Shown here: positions 63,606 to 64,000 of the stretch, piece by piece
Layout: each line of letters begins with the position of its first letter
How positions within the stretch are numbered: position 1 is the first letter of the stretch
Assembly: GCF_006345805.1 (NCBI RefSeq)
Contig: NC_042998.1
Coordinates: forward strand, 202,244,001-202,308,000
Direction: 5' to 3'
Source: Octopus sinensis
Lineage: Eukaryota
DNA length: 64,000 bases
The notes under the pieces: generated by a model
The model's input: only the letters and a program-made list of their open reading frames with translations
Told to the model about the DNA's origin: nothing
Database searches by the model: none
Made by a program: the position numbers and the translations under genes

Positions 63606-64000
63606 TTAGTTTGGCAAGTAATTGCCGGCGTCTTTTTTAAAATTTAAATGTTTCAAAAGTTTTAATAAAAAATAACTACTAAGGAATCAATAATGTATTC
63701 ACCCTTGTTGTTTACAACTTCTTTCCAACGTTCAACAAGATTTTCAATACCTCCTTGGTAGAAATCACCCGATTTCGACAAGAAAAATTGATCCAACCAA
63801 GGTCTCAATTCTGCATCAGTATTGAACGAAATTCCGCGCATAGCATTTGAAAGAAATCGAAAGAGGTGGAAATCCGTTGGTGTCAAATACACTTCCCAGC
63901 CATGCGTTTGAATGGATTCCTTGGTCATAATGTCGATATGAGGGCGGCGTTGTCGTGCAGCAGAAGCACTCCATGTTGCCGATTAGGTTTTTTTTCTTGA
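63606..64000 (-). mobile_element. mariner (DD34D) 3' portion, runs off the window
   Basis: ORF 63662-63928 ..PTDFHLFRFLSN...FYQGGIENLVERWKEVVNNKGEYII; TA plus TIR TTAGTTTGGCAAGTAATTGC resembling Hsmar1-type ends; PHPPYSPD segment deleted. Confidence 0.88.

Noticed and set aside
1-64000. CRISPR arrays, rRNA, operons or prokaryotic promoters/terminators
   Set aside because: No regularly spaced repeat-spacer array or rRNA-like sequence seen; the DNA is eukaryotic in character.

Overview
AT-rich, microsatellite-dense eukaryotic nuclear DNA. The SINE families and LINE spectrum match my recollection of octopus/coleoid genomes (inference, not a database match). There is no multi-exon gene or long host ORF; most ORFs in the supplied track are simple-repeat artefacts or antisense shadows of retroelements. 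The window is a graveyard of mobile elements. (1) At least eight R4/Dong-type non-LTR retrotransposon copies (RT plus restriction-like endonuclease): one near full length at 12865-16900, most bounded by (AAT)n/(TAT)n tracts. (2) A decayed Penelope-like element (RT plus GIY-YIG, about 36168-39650) and several short Penelope-type terminal fragments next to (TA)n tracts; these carry minimal hammerhead-ribozyme motifs, all with the core on the minus strand. (3) Four tRNA-headed SINE families. (4) Three Tc1/mariner remnants and a 417-bp MITE with 8-bp TSD and an internal (TTAGGG)3. The best host-gene evidence is a 21-nt frame-preserving microexon candidate on the + strand (55456-55476, MNIYENT) with very strong splice signals, so much of the window may be intron. 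Other points worth checking: a 136-bp duplication flanking a SINE, two fold-back palindromes (42180-42434 and 46001-46367), a U3:A8 hammerhead variant (58149-58186), a chimeric and tandemly duplicated Dong copy (30.5-34.6 kb), and a 5.1-kb inverted duplication (49233-54361). All identities and counts were estimated by eye.
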